From a virus, in the IMG/VR virus record IMGVR_UViG_3300045988_025591, positions 1-37,955 of that record: a stretch of DNA of 37,955 nucleotides; one strand, written 5' to 3'. The first letter of the stretch is position 1, and every line of letters begins with the position of its first letter. Below, piece after piece: positions 8,916-16,441 of this stretch. A program made the position numbers and the translations under genes. The notes under the pieces were generated by a model. That model worked only from the letters and a program-made list of their open reading frames with translations. It did no database searches and was not told the origin of the DNA.

Positions 8916-9689
8916 ATAAATTATCAAAGTTTTAAAAATGCCGTATTAGGCAAAGTTTTCGACATTGATGGATATTATGGTGCTCAATGTTGGGATGGAT
9001 TCGCAAAGTATATGATTGATTTAGGGTACAAGGCAATCCACTGTACAACAAGTGGATACGTAAAAGACATTTGGAATAACAGAAAGACAAATGGAATCTT
9101 AAATTATTGCAATGAAGTTACAGTAATGCAAGCCGGAGATATCGCAGTATTCAGAGAAGTAGCAGGATGGACTCCATACTCACACATTGCAATTTTCGAT
9201 TCAGACATTGATGGTAAATTCGGATGGTTTCTAGGTCAAAATCAAGGTGGAAAGCTTGGGTCATTTACATTATGTAAATTACCATACAGTGCTACATTTG
9301 ATACGGCTTTTAGACCTAAATGTCTTGCAAATGCTAAACCAACACAGACGGTTAAACCTAAACCAGTAGTTACTCCAAAAGAAGCAATTGACCAAATCTT
9401 ACATGTTGGAAGTTACGTCACATCTGTTCAAATGAAGATTGGAAATCAAGGATTAAAAAAGATTAATAACGATACTTGTGCCTATTTATCTCAATTAGGT
9501 GGATGGTTTCCAATTTCAATGGTAACAAAGGTCAGATATTCTGATGGATTCAATGATGATGTATTGCACACTACAAATGCAGTGGTATACATTACTAGAA
9601 TTAGAGTTGATGAAGTCAACGTACAAAAGAACCTTGTCAAGATTGGTGGTATTTGGGTAAGTGCTACACCATTAATTGAAGTAGCATAA
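8916..9689 (+). CDS. endolysin, N-terminal CHAP domain plus C-terminal cell-wall-binding region (ATA start)
   Basis: The CHAP catalytic-Cys motif (YYGAQCWDGF) lies upstream of the track ATG at 9012. The frame opens at 8901 after a TAA and has no ATG/GTG/TTG before 9012. ATA at 8916 lies 9 nt after AGGAGG. The His region (YSHIAIFD) and GQNQGG lie downstream. Confidence 0.85.
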   Translation: MNYQSFKNAVLGKVFDIDGYYGAQCWDGFAKYMIDLGYKAIHCTTSGYVKDIWNNRKTNGILNYCNEVTVMQAGDIAVFREVAGWTPYSHIAIFDSDIDGKFGWFLGQNQGGKLGSFTLCKLPYSATFDTAFRPKCLANAKPTQTVKPKPVVTPKEAIDQILHVGSYVTSVQMKIGNQGLKKINNDTCAYLSQLGGWFPISMVTKVRYSDGFNDDVLHTTNAVVYITRIRVDEVNVQKNLVKIGGIWVSATPLIEVA

Positions 9690-9725
9690 TAAAAAAAGCG
9701 TTCAACTATTATTTATTGACTAATC

Positions 9726-9757
9726 GAGCCTACGTATAATGCGTAGGTTCTTTTTTT
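9726..9757 (+). terminator. rho-independent terminator after the lysis genes
   Basis: GAGCCTACG / CGTAGGTTC forms a 9-bp stem (one G.U pair) with a 7-nt loop, followed by T7. Confidence 0.75.
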
Positions 9758-9775
9758 ATTTTCCTAAAAAAGTTC

Positions 9776-9804
9776 TTTACAAGTACTTACTTATATGTTA
9801 TACT
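9776..9804 (+). promoter_or_regulatory. sigma-A-type promoter for the moron block
   Basis: TTTACA (9776-9781), a 17-nt spacer, then TATACT (9799-9804) preceded by TGT (extended -10). Confidence 0.6.
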
Positions 9805-9854
9805 ATATATGTGGTCAGTTAAAGACAAGGAATATTTGTTTTAGGAGGTAAAAT

Positions 9855-9977
9855 ATGAAAGCAAATAAAAAAAGCAATCACAAAGCAGAGCAAGCTAACA
9901 TCTACTTAGAGATTGCTAAGAATGTTATTGAGATTATAGTGCTAATAATAACATTCATAAAGAGCTTAGGGAATTAA
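9855..9977 (+). CDS. hypothetical 40-aa peptide with a basic N-terminus and hydrophobic C-terminus
   Basis: ATG follows AGGAGG. This ORF is not in the track because it is under 60 aa. Its 3' end lies in a perfect 20-bp palindrome (9966-9985). Confidence 0.45.
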   Translation: MKANKKSNHKAEQANIYLEIAKNVIEIIVLIITFIKSLGN

Positions 9978-10025
9978 TTCCCTAACTCTTTACTTCATTG
10001 TACCACATAAAAGGAGGAACAAGAA

Positions 10026-10115
10026 ATGAAAAAGCTAGAAATAATTAAGATGATTCTAAATGCAATTACAATTGTATTATTAATTGCAATATTGATTGTA
10101 TGGTTTGTTAAGTAA
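10026..10115 (+). CDS. hypothetical 29-aa single-TM peptide
   Basis: Preceded by AGGAGGAACAAGAAATG. The sequence MKKLEIIKMILNAITIVLLIAILIVWFVK is a charged head followed by one TM helix. Confidence 0.5.
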   Translation: MKKLEIIKMILNAITIVLLIAILIVWFVK

Positions 10116-10136
10116 TATATAAGGAGGACGCAAGAA

Positions 10137-10409
10137 ATGATAGATACTGCTAATGCAAAATGGGACTTCTCAAAAGAAGAAAAATATGTTATTAAATGGT
10201 TCAATGATAATGGATTTAACGGAAAGATAATAAAACAATATGTAAGCAAGACAATTTTTGAAATAGAAAAAGACAACATAGTTGATAAATTTGAATTACC
10301 GCAAGGAATTGTTTTTCACAATATACAATCCTACATGAAACAATTCCAAAAAAACTGGGATATGATATGTGAATTACACAAATTGAGACAATTAAAAAGA
10401 GTGCACTAG
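10137..10409 (+). CDS. hypothetical protein
   Basis: The conserved cassette AGGAGGACGCAAGAAATG precedes the start. Confidence 0.6.
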   Translation: MIDTANAKWDFSKEEKYVIKWFNDNGFNGKIIKQYVSKTIFEIEKDNIVDKFELPQGIVFHNIQSYMKQFQKNWDMICELHKLRQLKRVH

Positions 10410-10411
10410 AA

Positions 10412-10654
10412 ATGACATTTAAATATTATGCAGTAATGCAAGGAGAAGTTGTTGATAAAAGCAACTCGTTGACAAGTTTAAAAAATAGAATGGACGAATA
10501 TGTCCATTCTATGCCAAGCAATATGGATTACGTTCATATTGTTACAGGAAAAAAGAATCCATTAATCGTAAAATATTATGATATGTTTAACGATAAGTGG
10601 TATTCTAGTAGTAACAGATACAACGATATTTTTAAGAAAATTACAATTGAATAA
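10412..10654 (+). CDS. hypothetical protein
   Basis: Tightly packed after the previous ORF, with a weak SD. Confidence 0.55.
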   Translation: MTFKYYAVMQGEVVDKSNSLTSLKNRMDEYVHSMPSNMDYVHIVTGKKNPLIVKYYDMFNDKWYSSSNRYNDIFKKITIE

Positions 10655-10671
10655 TTTAGGAGGAACACAAG

Positions 10672-10875
10672 ATGACAAATTTAAAACAATTGCAAAACGT
10701 ATGTAAAGAAGTTAATGAAAAGATGGATACAGTTAATGAAGAAGAATTGAAAGAAATCGTAAATGGATATTATAAGGATGATGTAATATCATGCAGACAA
10801 TGGGATTTCTTAATTGGTTACATTGAAAGAAAAGAAAAGATTAATGATAGTTTCGCATTTATGTATAGCGAATAG
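10672..10875 (+). CDS. hypothetical protein
   Basis: Preceded by AGGAGGAACACAAGATG. Confidence 0.6.
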   Translation: MTNLKQLQNVCKEVNEKMDTVNEEELKEIVNGYYKDDVISCRQWDFLIGYIERKEKINDSFAFMYSE

Positions 10876-10888
10876 GAGGACGCAAGAA

Positions 10889-11179
10889 ATGAAAATTAAT
10901 AATGTAGAGGTAGTTGGAAATAAATTTGCATATGATGGATGCCATAAAATATACATCATTGAAGATGAACAAGATGAACAGAAAGCTATTGATTGTGGAT
11001 ATGAAATCTTGGATATTTCTAAATTAGTCAATACATATAAATATAGTTGTGAATTAAGATTTATTCACAATTGGAAATTGACGAAGACATATGTTGCTCA
11101 ATTTGAAAATGCAACATTTGAAGTGAATGGACAAACATATGAGTTCGTAAATGATGAAGATGATGATGAATGGTATTAG
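10889..11179 (+). CDS. hypothetical protein
   Basis: The start is moved from the track TTG at 10814 to the ATG at 10889, which is preceded by AGGAGGACGCAAGAAATG (identical to the cassette at 10122). Confidence 0.65.
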   Translation: MKINNVEVVGNKFAYDGCHKIYIIEDEQDEQKAIDCGYEILDISKLVNTYKYSCELRFIHNWKLTKTYVAQFENATFEVNGQTYEFVNDEDDDEWY

Positions 11180-11190
11180 GAGGAATGTTA

Positions 11191-11373
11191 ATGGCAACGG
11201 AAGCACAGATTCGAGCTAACAATAAATTTAATAAGGCTAACACGAAGATGGTTAGCCTTCGTTTGAACTACAATACAGACGCAGACATCATCCAAAAATT
11301 GAATGAAGTTGATTCTAAAATGGGGTACATTAAGGAATTGATACGAAAAGATATGCAGGCTAAAAAAAAATAG
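11191..11373 (+). CDS. small DNA-binding-like protein (possible ribbon-helix-helix); RDF candidate by position
   Basis: ATG at 11191 lies 7 nt after AGGAGG; the track ATG at 11170 lacks an SD. The pattern VSLRLNYNTDADIIQKL...GYIKELIRKD resembles Arc/CopG-type proteins. This is the last gene before the putative attP. Confidence 0.5.
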   Translation: MATEAQIRANNKFNKANTKMVSLRLNYNTDADIIQKLNEVDSKMGYIKELIRKDMQAKKK

Positions 11374-11385
11374 TCTGCATTTTTT
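11353..11385 (+). terminator. rho-independent terminator ending the moron block
   Basis: ATGCAGGC / GTCTGCAT forms the stem (one G.U pair) with an A-rich loop, followed by T5. Confidence 0.65.
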
Positions 11386-11386
11386 A

Positions 11387-11560
11387 TTGGCATATTTTTT
11401 GGCATATTTTATATTGAAAATCGCAGTATTATAGAGTACGTAAAAGTACTGTAGATTACTACAACAATATGGTGGAATATATCTGTCCGATTCTGATATA
11501 ATAAATAAAATCCTATATATAAAGCATATATAGGAACATTGGCATATTTTTGGCATATTC
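11387..11560. repeat. putative attP region: two pairs of tandem TTGGCATATT(T/C)T repeats flanking an AT-rich core
   Basis: TTGGCATATTTT occurs at 11387-11398 and 11399-11410, and again at 11539-11550 with TTGGCATATTC at 11550-11560. A perfect 10-bp inverted repeat TCCTATATAT/ATATATAGGA lies at 11511-11535. The 250-bp region is non-coding and sits directly upstream of the integrase. Confidence 0.45.
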
Positions 11561-11627
11561 TTACATGAATTATGCCTTTTTTTTATCCTTTTTCTTGTGT
11601 ATGATGATAAAAAAAGAGGTGCAAGAA

Positions 11628-12722
11628 ATGGCAGTCAAGAAAGATGAAACAACAGGCAAATGGATGTATTACGGTTCATATAAATTGAATGGAAAGGTCA
11701 AGCAATATAAGAAGCGTGGCTTTGAAAAAAAGAAGGACGCTATAAAAGCCGAGATTCTATTCAAAGAGAATTTAAAAGAACCAAACGCAACCATCACATT
11801 TAAAGAACTATCTTATCAATATCAAGTATACAGTGAAAAAAGAATTAAGGAAAGTACATACTTTACACAAAGAGCAATTCTGAAATATTGGGAAGATGAG
11901 CTAGGTGAATGTGAAATAAAAAAGCTTACATCAAATAATATTGAAAAAGCTATTAATAAATTAATGCAGTCAATGGCATTTGATTCAGTGCTTAACTATT
12001 ATACAAAATTTAGAGCAGTATTGAACTATGCAGTAAGACAAGGATATATTCAAGTGAATCCATGCAATAAGATTGATTTGAAGAAAAATCCAAACGAAAA
12101 AAAGAAAGACATGATGTATTGGACAGTTGAGCAATTCAACAAGTTTATAGCAAATGAAGATAAACCGGTATATCATTTATTATTTATGAATCAATTCTAT
12201 ATGGGTATGAGAATAGGCGAAACATTAGCTTTACAGTGGAAAGATATTGATTTAGTAAATAATACTATTAATATACAAAAGACATGGGCAGAAACATTGA
12301 GAAAAACAACGACGCCAAAAACAAATAATAGTTATAGATTAATTACTATGCCGAAGTTTCTATCTGATGAATACAAGATATTTAAAGAGAATATGCACGC
12401 AAATGAGAATGACTATATATTCGGCATGACAATACCTTTTTATCGAAGCTCAGTTAGAAAAGAAATGAATGAGACTATCAAGAAAACAAATATTAAGCTA
12501 CAACAGAATGAGCAAATACCTTATATAAGAATACACGATTTAAGGCACTCATGTGCAAGCTATATGATTAACAATATGGTTACAGATGGAACAGTGAATT
12601 TCTCTGTATATGACATTGCGAAAAGATTAGGTGATAACCTTGATACTGTTCTTTCAGTATACGCTCATTGGTTACCACAAGCAGACAAAGGCATTGTCAA
12701 ATTTATGGAGAAAAACAAATAG
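11628..12722 (+). CDS. int: tyrosine recombinase (phage integrase)
   Basis: The start is moved to the ATG at 11628 (AGAGGTGCAAGAAATG). It has an N-terminal arm-binding-type domain (KWMYYGSYKLNGKVKQYKKRGFEKKKDA), a catalytic region with RIGETLAL, HDLRHSCASY and a C-terminal LSVYAHW (Tyr). Confidence 0.9.
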   Translation: MAVKKDETTGKWMYYGSYKLNGKVKQYKKRGFEKKKDAIKAEILFKENLKEPNATITFKELSYQYQVYSEKRIKESTYFTQRAILKYWEDELGECEIKKLTSNNIEKAINKLMQSMAFDSVLNYYTKFRAVLNYAVRQGYIQVNPCNKIDLKKNPNEKKKDMMYWTVEQFNKFIANEDKPVYHLLFMNQFYMGMRIGETLALQWKDIDLVNNTINIQKTWAETLRKTTTPKTNNSYRLITMPKFLSDEYKIFKENMHANENDYIFGMTIPFYRSSVRKEMNETIKKTNIKLQQNEQIPYIRIHDLRHSCASYMINNMVTDGTVNFSVYDIAKRLGDNLDTVLSVYAHWLPQADKGIVKFMEKNK

Positions 12723-12804
12723 TGGCGCTAAAAATTACCCTTGAAAAATAGTTAGATAAGTAATAACGTTAGAGTTATTAATTCTAAGGAAAGGGGGAAG
12801 CCAC

Positions 12805-12933
12805 ATGACGAAGTATGAAATGTATGTATTAATTAATAGAATGTTAGAAGAATTAGAAGAAAAAGAAGTGGCAAGAGTTTATGAGTATACTCAACGGATT
12901 TGGATAAATTCCACAGATGAAAAGAGCGATTAA
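12805..12933 (+). CDS. hypothetical 42-aa protein
   Basis: ATG lies 4 nt after the purine-rich AAGGGGGAAG. The ORF ends inside a bidirectional terminator. Confidence 0.4.
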   Translation: MTKYEMYVLINRMLEELEEKEVARVYEYTQRIWINSTDEKSD

Positions 12934-12947
12934 TTTCGCTCTTTTTT
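12921..12947. terminator. bidirectional terminator between convergent genes
   Basis: AAAGAGCGA-ttaatt-TCGCTCTTT forms a 9-bp stem, A-rich on one side and followed by a T-run on the other. Confidence 0.7.
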
Positions 12948-13551
12948 ATTGCAATGTAACCGAATCTATTGTTATAGGGTGTGAGTGCATTCTATCCCAT
13001 CTAGCTCTCACTTCAAAGTTGTATGTAGTTCCGTTTGCTTCGGCTTGTCCTCTAATTGTAAAGATGTTCTCGGCTCTTCTATAATCCCATTCTTTATAAT
13101 CTTGGAATGTACATTGTGCTCCTACATTTTCATTTACTGCATTTTCTACAGATTCATGAATACCGATTTTATCTGAATTTGTGATATATGCATTAGTAAT
13201 CTTTTGATATACCTCACCTTTTTTATACAGAATAAAATCACCTTGATTAACAAGCTTTACCTTTCCTTTTTTAACAGTAGCGGTATAACTATTATCAAGA
13301 TAGTTTATAGTAAATACATCTTTTTTATAATCTGTAATGTCAATATATTTCTTAGGAATACCTAGCTTTTTCATTACCTTAACAAGAGCTTTCATGTCCT
13401 TCTTTTTAATTTTATATTCCTTAGTTGCTTCTGATGTAGTTAAATATTGAACTTCGTTATTAAAAGCATATACATTTACAGGCATAAATAATACTAAACA
13501 TAATACTAATGCAATGGCGATTGAATATCGCCTTTTTTTATAAATTCTCAT
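12946..13551 (-). CDS. membrane-anchored or secreted prophage protein co-transcribed with the repressor (superinfection-exclusion candidate)
   Basis: The N-terminus has a signal/anchor sequence (RRYSIAIALVLCLVLFMPVNVYA). It overlaps the repressor 3' end by 14 nt on the - strand. Confidence 0.6.
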   Translation of the reverse strand: MRIYKKRRYSIAIALVLCLVLFMPVNVYAFNNEVQYLTTSEATKEYKIKKKDMKALVKVMKKLGIPKKYIDITDYKKDVFTINYLDNSYTATVKKGKVKLVNQGDFILYKKGEVYQKITNAYITNSDKIGIHESVENAVNENVGAQCTFQDYKEWDYRRAENIFTIRGQAEANGTTYNFEVRARWDRMHSHPITIDSVTLQ

Positions 13552-13936
13552 TGTCTAATTCCTTAATAATTCCATAAATGAAATCTAATAACCTTTCTTT
13601 TGTTTCTTCACTTGATTTTAAGTAAGCCTTGATAAGTGGCTTTTGATTTGGGTTGATTTGGTATTCATCAATTAATTCATCAATCGCATTATCCGGCAAT
13701 TCTAGAAACATATTGCCTTTACCCTCAGTTAGCCAAAAGTAATCAACATTGTATTCTTTACAAATTAATTTGATAGTTTGGTCACTAGGATTGTTTACAC
13801 CTTTTTCAAGTGAATTGACACTACTTCGAGTTATACCAATCTTCTTTCCGAATTTCTCCATGCTTAGGTTCAAGTTAGACCTAATCGCATTAATTCTTTC
13901 ACCTATAGTCAAATGTTTTACCTCCTCTATATTCAT
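13538..13936 (-). CDS. cI-like repressor, XRE-family HTH
   Basis: The HTH pattern is IGERINAIRSNLNLSMEKFGKKIGITRSSVNSLEKG. It is divergent from the early operon and adjacent to the operator-like palindromes. Confidence 0.85.
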   Translation of the reverse strand: MNIEEVKHLTIGERINAIRSNLNLSMEKFGKKIGITRSSVNSLEKGVNNPSDQTIKLICKEYNVDYFWLTEGKGNMFLELPDNAIDELIDEYQINPNQKPLIKAYLKSSEETKERLLDFIYGIIKELDNENL

Positions 13937-13981
13937 AATATCACAAAGAATAAACTTGTAAATTAAAAGGACAAAAAATGC

Positions 13982-14010
13982 TTGATAATGTCATTCAAAA
14001 GTACTATAAT
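13982..14010 (+). promoter_or_regulatory. early rightward promoter
   Basis: TTGATA (13982-13987), a 17-nt spacer, then TATAAT (14005-14010). Confidence 0.6.
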
Positions 14011-14036
14011 GTACTCGTAAAGTACAAATGAGTACT
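14000..14036. promoter_or_regulatory. two operator-like palindromes AGTAC-N6-GTACT
   Basis: O1 at 14000-14015 encloses the -10 hexamer. O2 at 14021-14036 lies just downstream. Both have the same half-sites and the same spacing. Confidence 0.5.
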
Positions 14037-14054
14037 AAACGGAGGATACAAGAA

Positions 14055-14207
14055 ATGAAATCACAAGAAGAAATTAGAAAAAGACAACAAGAATATAAGG
14101 ACAAAATGTTCAATAAATTCAGTAATGAATTTACAAGAAAGATTATTCTTCAAAAGCAAAATCAAATGCTTAGAGAAGAAATAGAAAGATTAAAAGCTAA
14201 TCAATAA
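14055..14207 (+). CDS. hypothetical 50-aa coiled-coil protein (first early gene; no HTH seen)
   Basis: Preceded by GGAGGATACAAGAAATG. Not in the track because it is under 60 aa. Confidence 0.5.
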   Translation: MKSQEEIRKRQQEYKDKMFNKFSNEFTRKIILQKQNQMLREEIERLKANQ

Positions 14208-14221
14208 GGAGGAAGCAAGAA

Positions 14222-14503
14222 ATGACAAACGAACAAATTATCCAAAACACAAAAAAATCATTAGGAATGGGAGAATTTGAACCTCTCCACACTTTCCAAA
14301 AATGGAAAGAAATGGGATTCAAAGTTAAGAAAGGTGAGCATGCTACAGTTTGTACAAAGTTATGGAAACCTAAAGCCAAAAAGTACACCGACACAAATGG
14401 TGAAGAAAAAGTTGAAAACAATTTCTTTTTAGCAAAAGCTTACTTGTTTAAATTGAATCAAGTTGAGCGAATCAATCAAAATGCAGAACCATTAATGAAT
14501 TAG
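14222..14503 (+). CDS. ArdC N-terminal-domain-like ssDNA-binding protein (tentative)
   Basis: Preceded by AGGAGGAAGCAAGAAATG. The motif HTFQKWKEMGFKVKKGEHA resembles the ArdC/DUF1738 N-terminal motif. Confidence 0.5.
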   Translation: MTNEQIIQNTKKSLGMGEFEPLHTFQKWKEMGFKVKKGEHATVCTKLWKPKAKKYTDTNGEEKVENNFFLAKAYLFKLNQVERINQNAEPLMN

Positions 14504-14552
14504 TCGAAATAAGCCGAAAGGCTTATCTGCTAGAGATGACCTACTAGCACTG

Positions 14553-14705
14553 ATGATGACAGGTCATGGAGGTGAAACAATACTAGATAAGAGAATTTTC
14601 GAAGCTCTAGGCTTACTTGAAAAGAAAGGCTATGAGCTATCTGAATTCGATAAAGGGTATATCGCTTGTATCCTTAACGAATCCAAAAAAGAAGAAAAGA
14701 GGTGA
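14553..14705 (+). CDS. hypothetical 50-aa protein (weak call)
   Basis: An open frame with a tandem ATG ATG start but no SD. The stop overlaps the next gene region. Confidence 0.3.
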   Translation: MMTGHGGETILDKRIFEALGLLEKKGYELSEFDKGYIACILNESKKEEKR

Positions 14706-14710
14706 ATGAA

Positions 14711-14890
14711 ATGACTAGAACGTATCATGTAACCTTCGATGTGACTGCAAATGTCACATTCGAAGTTGAAGCACATGACAGTGCAGAAGCAAAAGAAATT
14801 GCGAATCAATTAAATGTTAGGGATTTACAAGAAGTAAATGAAATCAATACTTGCGAATCTAGAATGGAGGTGTATGCAAGTGATTATTGA
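14711..14890 (+). CDS. hypothetical protein
   Basis: ATG lies 6-8 nt after AGAGGTG. The track GTG at 14702 sits inside the SD. Confidence 0.5.
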   Translation: MTRTYHVTFDVTANVTFEVEAHDSAEAKEIANQLNVRDLQEVNEINTCESRMEVYASDY

Positions 14891-15131
14891 GTATAAAGCA
14901 CTTCTAAATAAAGACGATATAATCGCTCTTTATGACTTAGATAGATACAAGCCACAAACGAAAAAAAACTACTGCTACAGTATTATGAAGGCAGTAAAAG
15001 AAGCTTACAAAAAAGAAACAGGAACTGAATGGGAAGATTCGTTTACACAAAGAAATATTCATCAAAAGGTGATTCCTACAGAAACATTCTTGAAGTGTGC
15101 TCCTGAGTTCAAAAAAAGCTTTAGGAGATAA
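14874..15131 (+). CDS. hypothetical protein
   Basis: The start is moved from the track ATG at 14838 to the ATG at 14874 after GGAGG. GTG at 14880 is an alternative with better spacing. Confidence 0.5.
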   Translation: MQVIIEYKALLNKDDIIALYDLDRYKPQTKKNYCYSIMKAVKEAYKKETGTEWEDSFTQRNIHQKVIPTETFLKCAPEFKKSFRR

Positions 15132-15134
15132 AAA

Positions 15135-15365
15135 ATGGAAGATATAAGAATGAATGCAATACAAGAGGATGAAATGGAGTTAAGTATATATCCATTCAAT
15201 CCAAAAAGAAAATATCTATCGAAAGAAGAAAAAGAGATACGCAGAGAAAAAAGGTATCAAAAAAGAATCACAACTTGCGTAAATGTAATTCTAATTACAA
15301 CAATCGTGATTCTACTTATTTCAATAGCTTGTTTGGGTAAATCGTATGCAATGTTATTTCTATAA
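15135..15365 (+). CDS. hypothetical protein with a C-terminal TM helix
   Basis: AGGAG precedes the ATG. The TM segment is VNVILITTIVILLISIACL. Confidence 0.55.
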   Translation: MEDIRMNAIQEDEMELSIYPFNPKRKYLSKEEKEIRREKRYQKRITTCVNVILITTIVILLISIACLGKSYAMLFL

Positions 15366-15462
15366 AAAAGAGGTGCGCACTCGACAAAGCACGCACACAC
15401 AAGAAATGACGTTCTTAAATAAGAACACATACATTATAGCAGATTAAAAGGAGAAACGGAAG

Positions 15463-16122
15463 ATGGAAGAAAAGAAATCAGTATTTGAAACATTGAATAG
15501 TATTAATGTTCAAGACAAAGTGGAATCTAAAAATGGATTAAGTTATTTATCTTGGGCATTTGCATGGGGTGAGGTTAAAAAGAAATATCCAAACGCACAA
15601 TATAAGATTTATGAACGTGGAACAGATTACGGACCTATTAATTACTTTACAGATGGTCACACTGCTTGGGTTAAGACAAGTGTAACCATTGAGGGACTAG
15701 AACATATCGAAGAATTGCCAGTAATGGATTACAAAAACAAATCAATTACACTTGATAAGCTAACATCATTTGATGTGAATAAAGCAATTCAAAGAAGCTT
15801 AACAAAAGCAATCGCTCGTCATGGTTTAGGTTTATACATCTATGCGGGTGAAGATTTACCGGAAGAAGAAAAGATTGAACAACAGAAAAAGGAAAAAGAA
15901 CAAGCGGTAGAAAAGAAACTTGAAGAAATCAAAATGAGATGTTTTAAGGCACAAAATGCACTTCAAAAACTAGGTATCGATACACATTCAGAAGAATTTT
16001 GTGAGCATTTGAAAGCCGAATATAAAATCACATCACAAGATATTGCAAATCTAAATGGAAACAATCTAGTTGGATTACTCAAGGCATACGGTGATATTTA
16101 CAAGGAAAACGCAAAAGCGTAA
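15463..16122 (+). CDS. Rad52/Sak-type single-strand annealing protein (DUF1071-like)
   Basis: LSYLSWAFAWGEVKKKYPNAQYKIY and RHGLGLYIYAGEDLP match the Sak/DUF1071 pattern. It lies in the recombination module. Confidence 0.75.
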   Translation: MEEKKSVFETLNSINVQDKVESKNGLSYLSWAFAWGEVKKKYPNAQYKIYERGTDYGPINYFTDGHTAWVKTSVTIEGLEHIEELPVMDYKNKSITLDKLTSFDVNKAIQRSLTKAIARHGLGLYIYAGEDLPEEEKIEQQKKEKEQAVEKKLEEIKMRCFKAQNALQKLGIDTHSEEFCEHLKAEYKITSQDIANLNGNNLVGLLKAYGDIYKENAKA

Positions 16123-16135
16123 GGAGGAAAGAAAA

Positions 16136-16441
16136 ATGGAATTAGTAAACGTAACAAATGGACAAATTGAAATTCAAAAGGAAACACTGAACAAATTGAA
16201 ATCATTCAATGAGTACAAAAAAGAGATGGACAAATTGGAAAAGGAAGTTAAAAAGAACATCCTAACCGCTATGGAAGAAAACGGAATCAAACAATTTGAA
16301 AATGACGTGGTTAAAATCACATATACTGCACCTTCTACACGTACTGTAATTGATACAAAGCTAGTAGAAGAATTAGGGCTAACACATCAATTATCTAAGG
16401 AAACACCGGTCAAAGGAAGCGTAAGGGTGACTTGGAAATAA
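16136..16441 (+). CDS. hypothetical protein (recombination module)
   Basis: The start is moved from the track TTG at 16070 to the ATG at 16136, after AAGGAGGAAAG. Confidence 0.6.
   Translation: MELVNVTNGQIEIQKETLNKLKSFNEYKKEMDKLEKEVKKNILTAMEENGIKQFENDVVKITYTAPSTRTVIDTKLVEELGLTHQLSKETPVKGSVRVTWK

Noticed and set aside
14499-14552. An N-terminal extension or read-through linking the ArdC-like ORF (14222-14503) to the small ORF at 14553-14705.
   Set aside because: The two are in different frames. The only upstream in-frame start-like codon is an ATT at 14499 with no SD. The GAAA-tetraloop hairpin at 14509-14526 looks like a separator instead.
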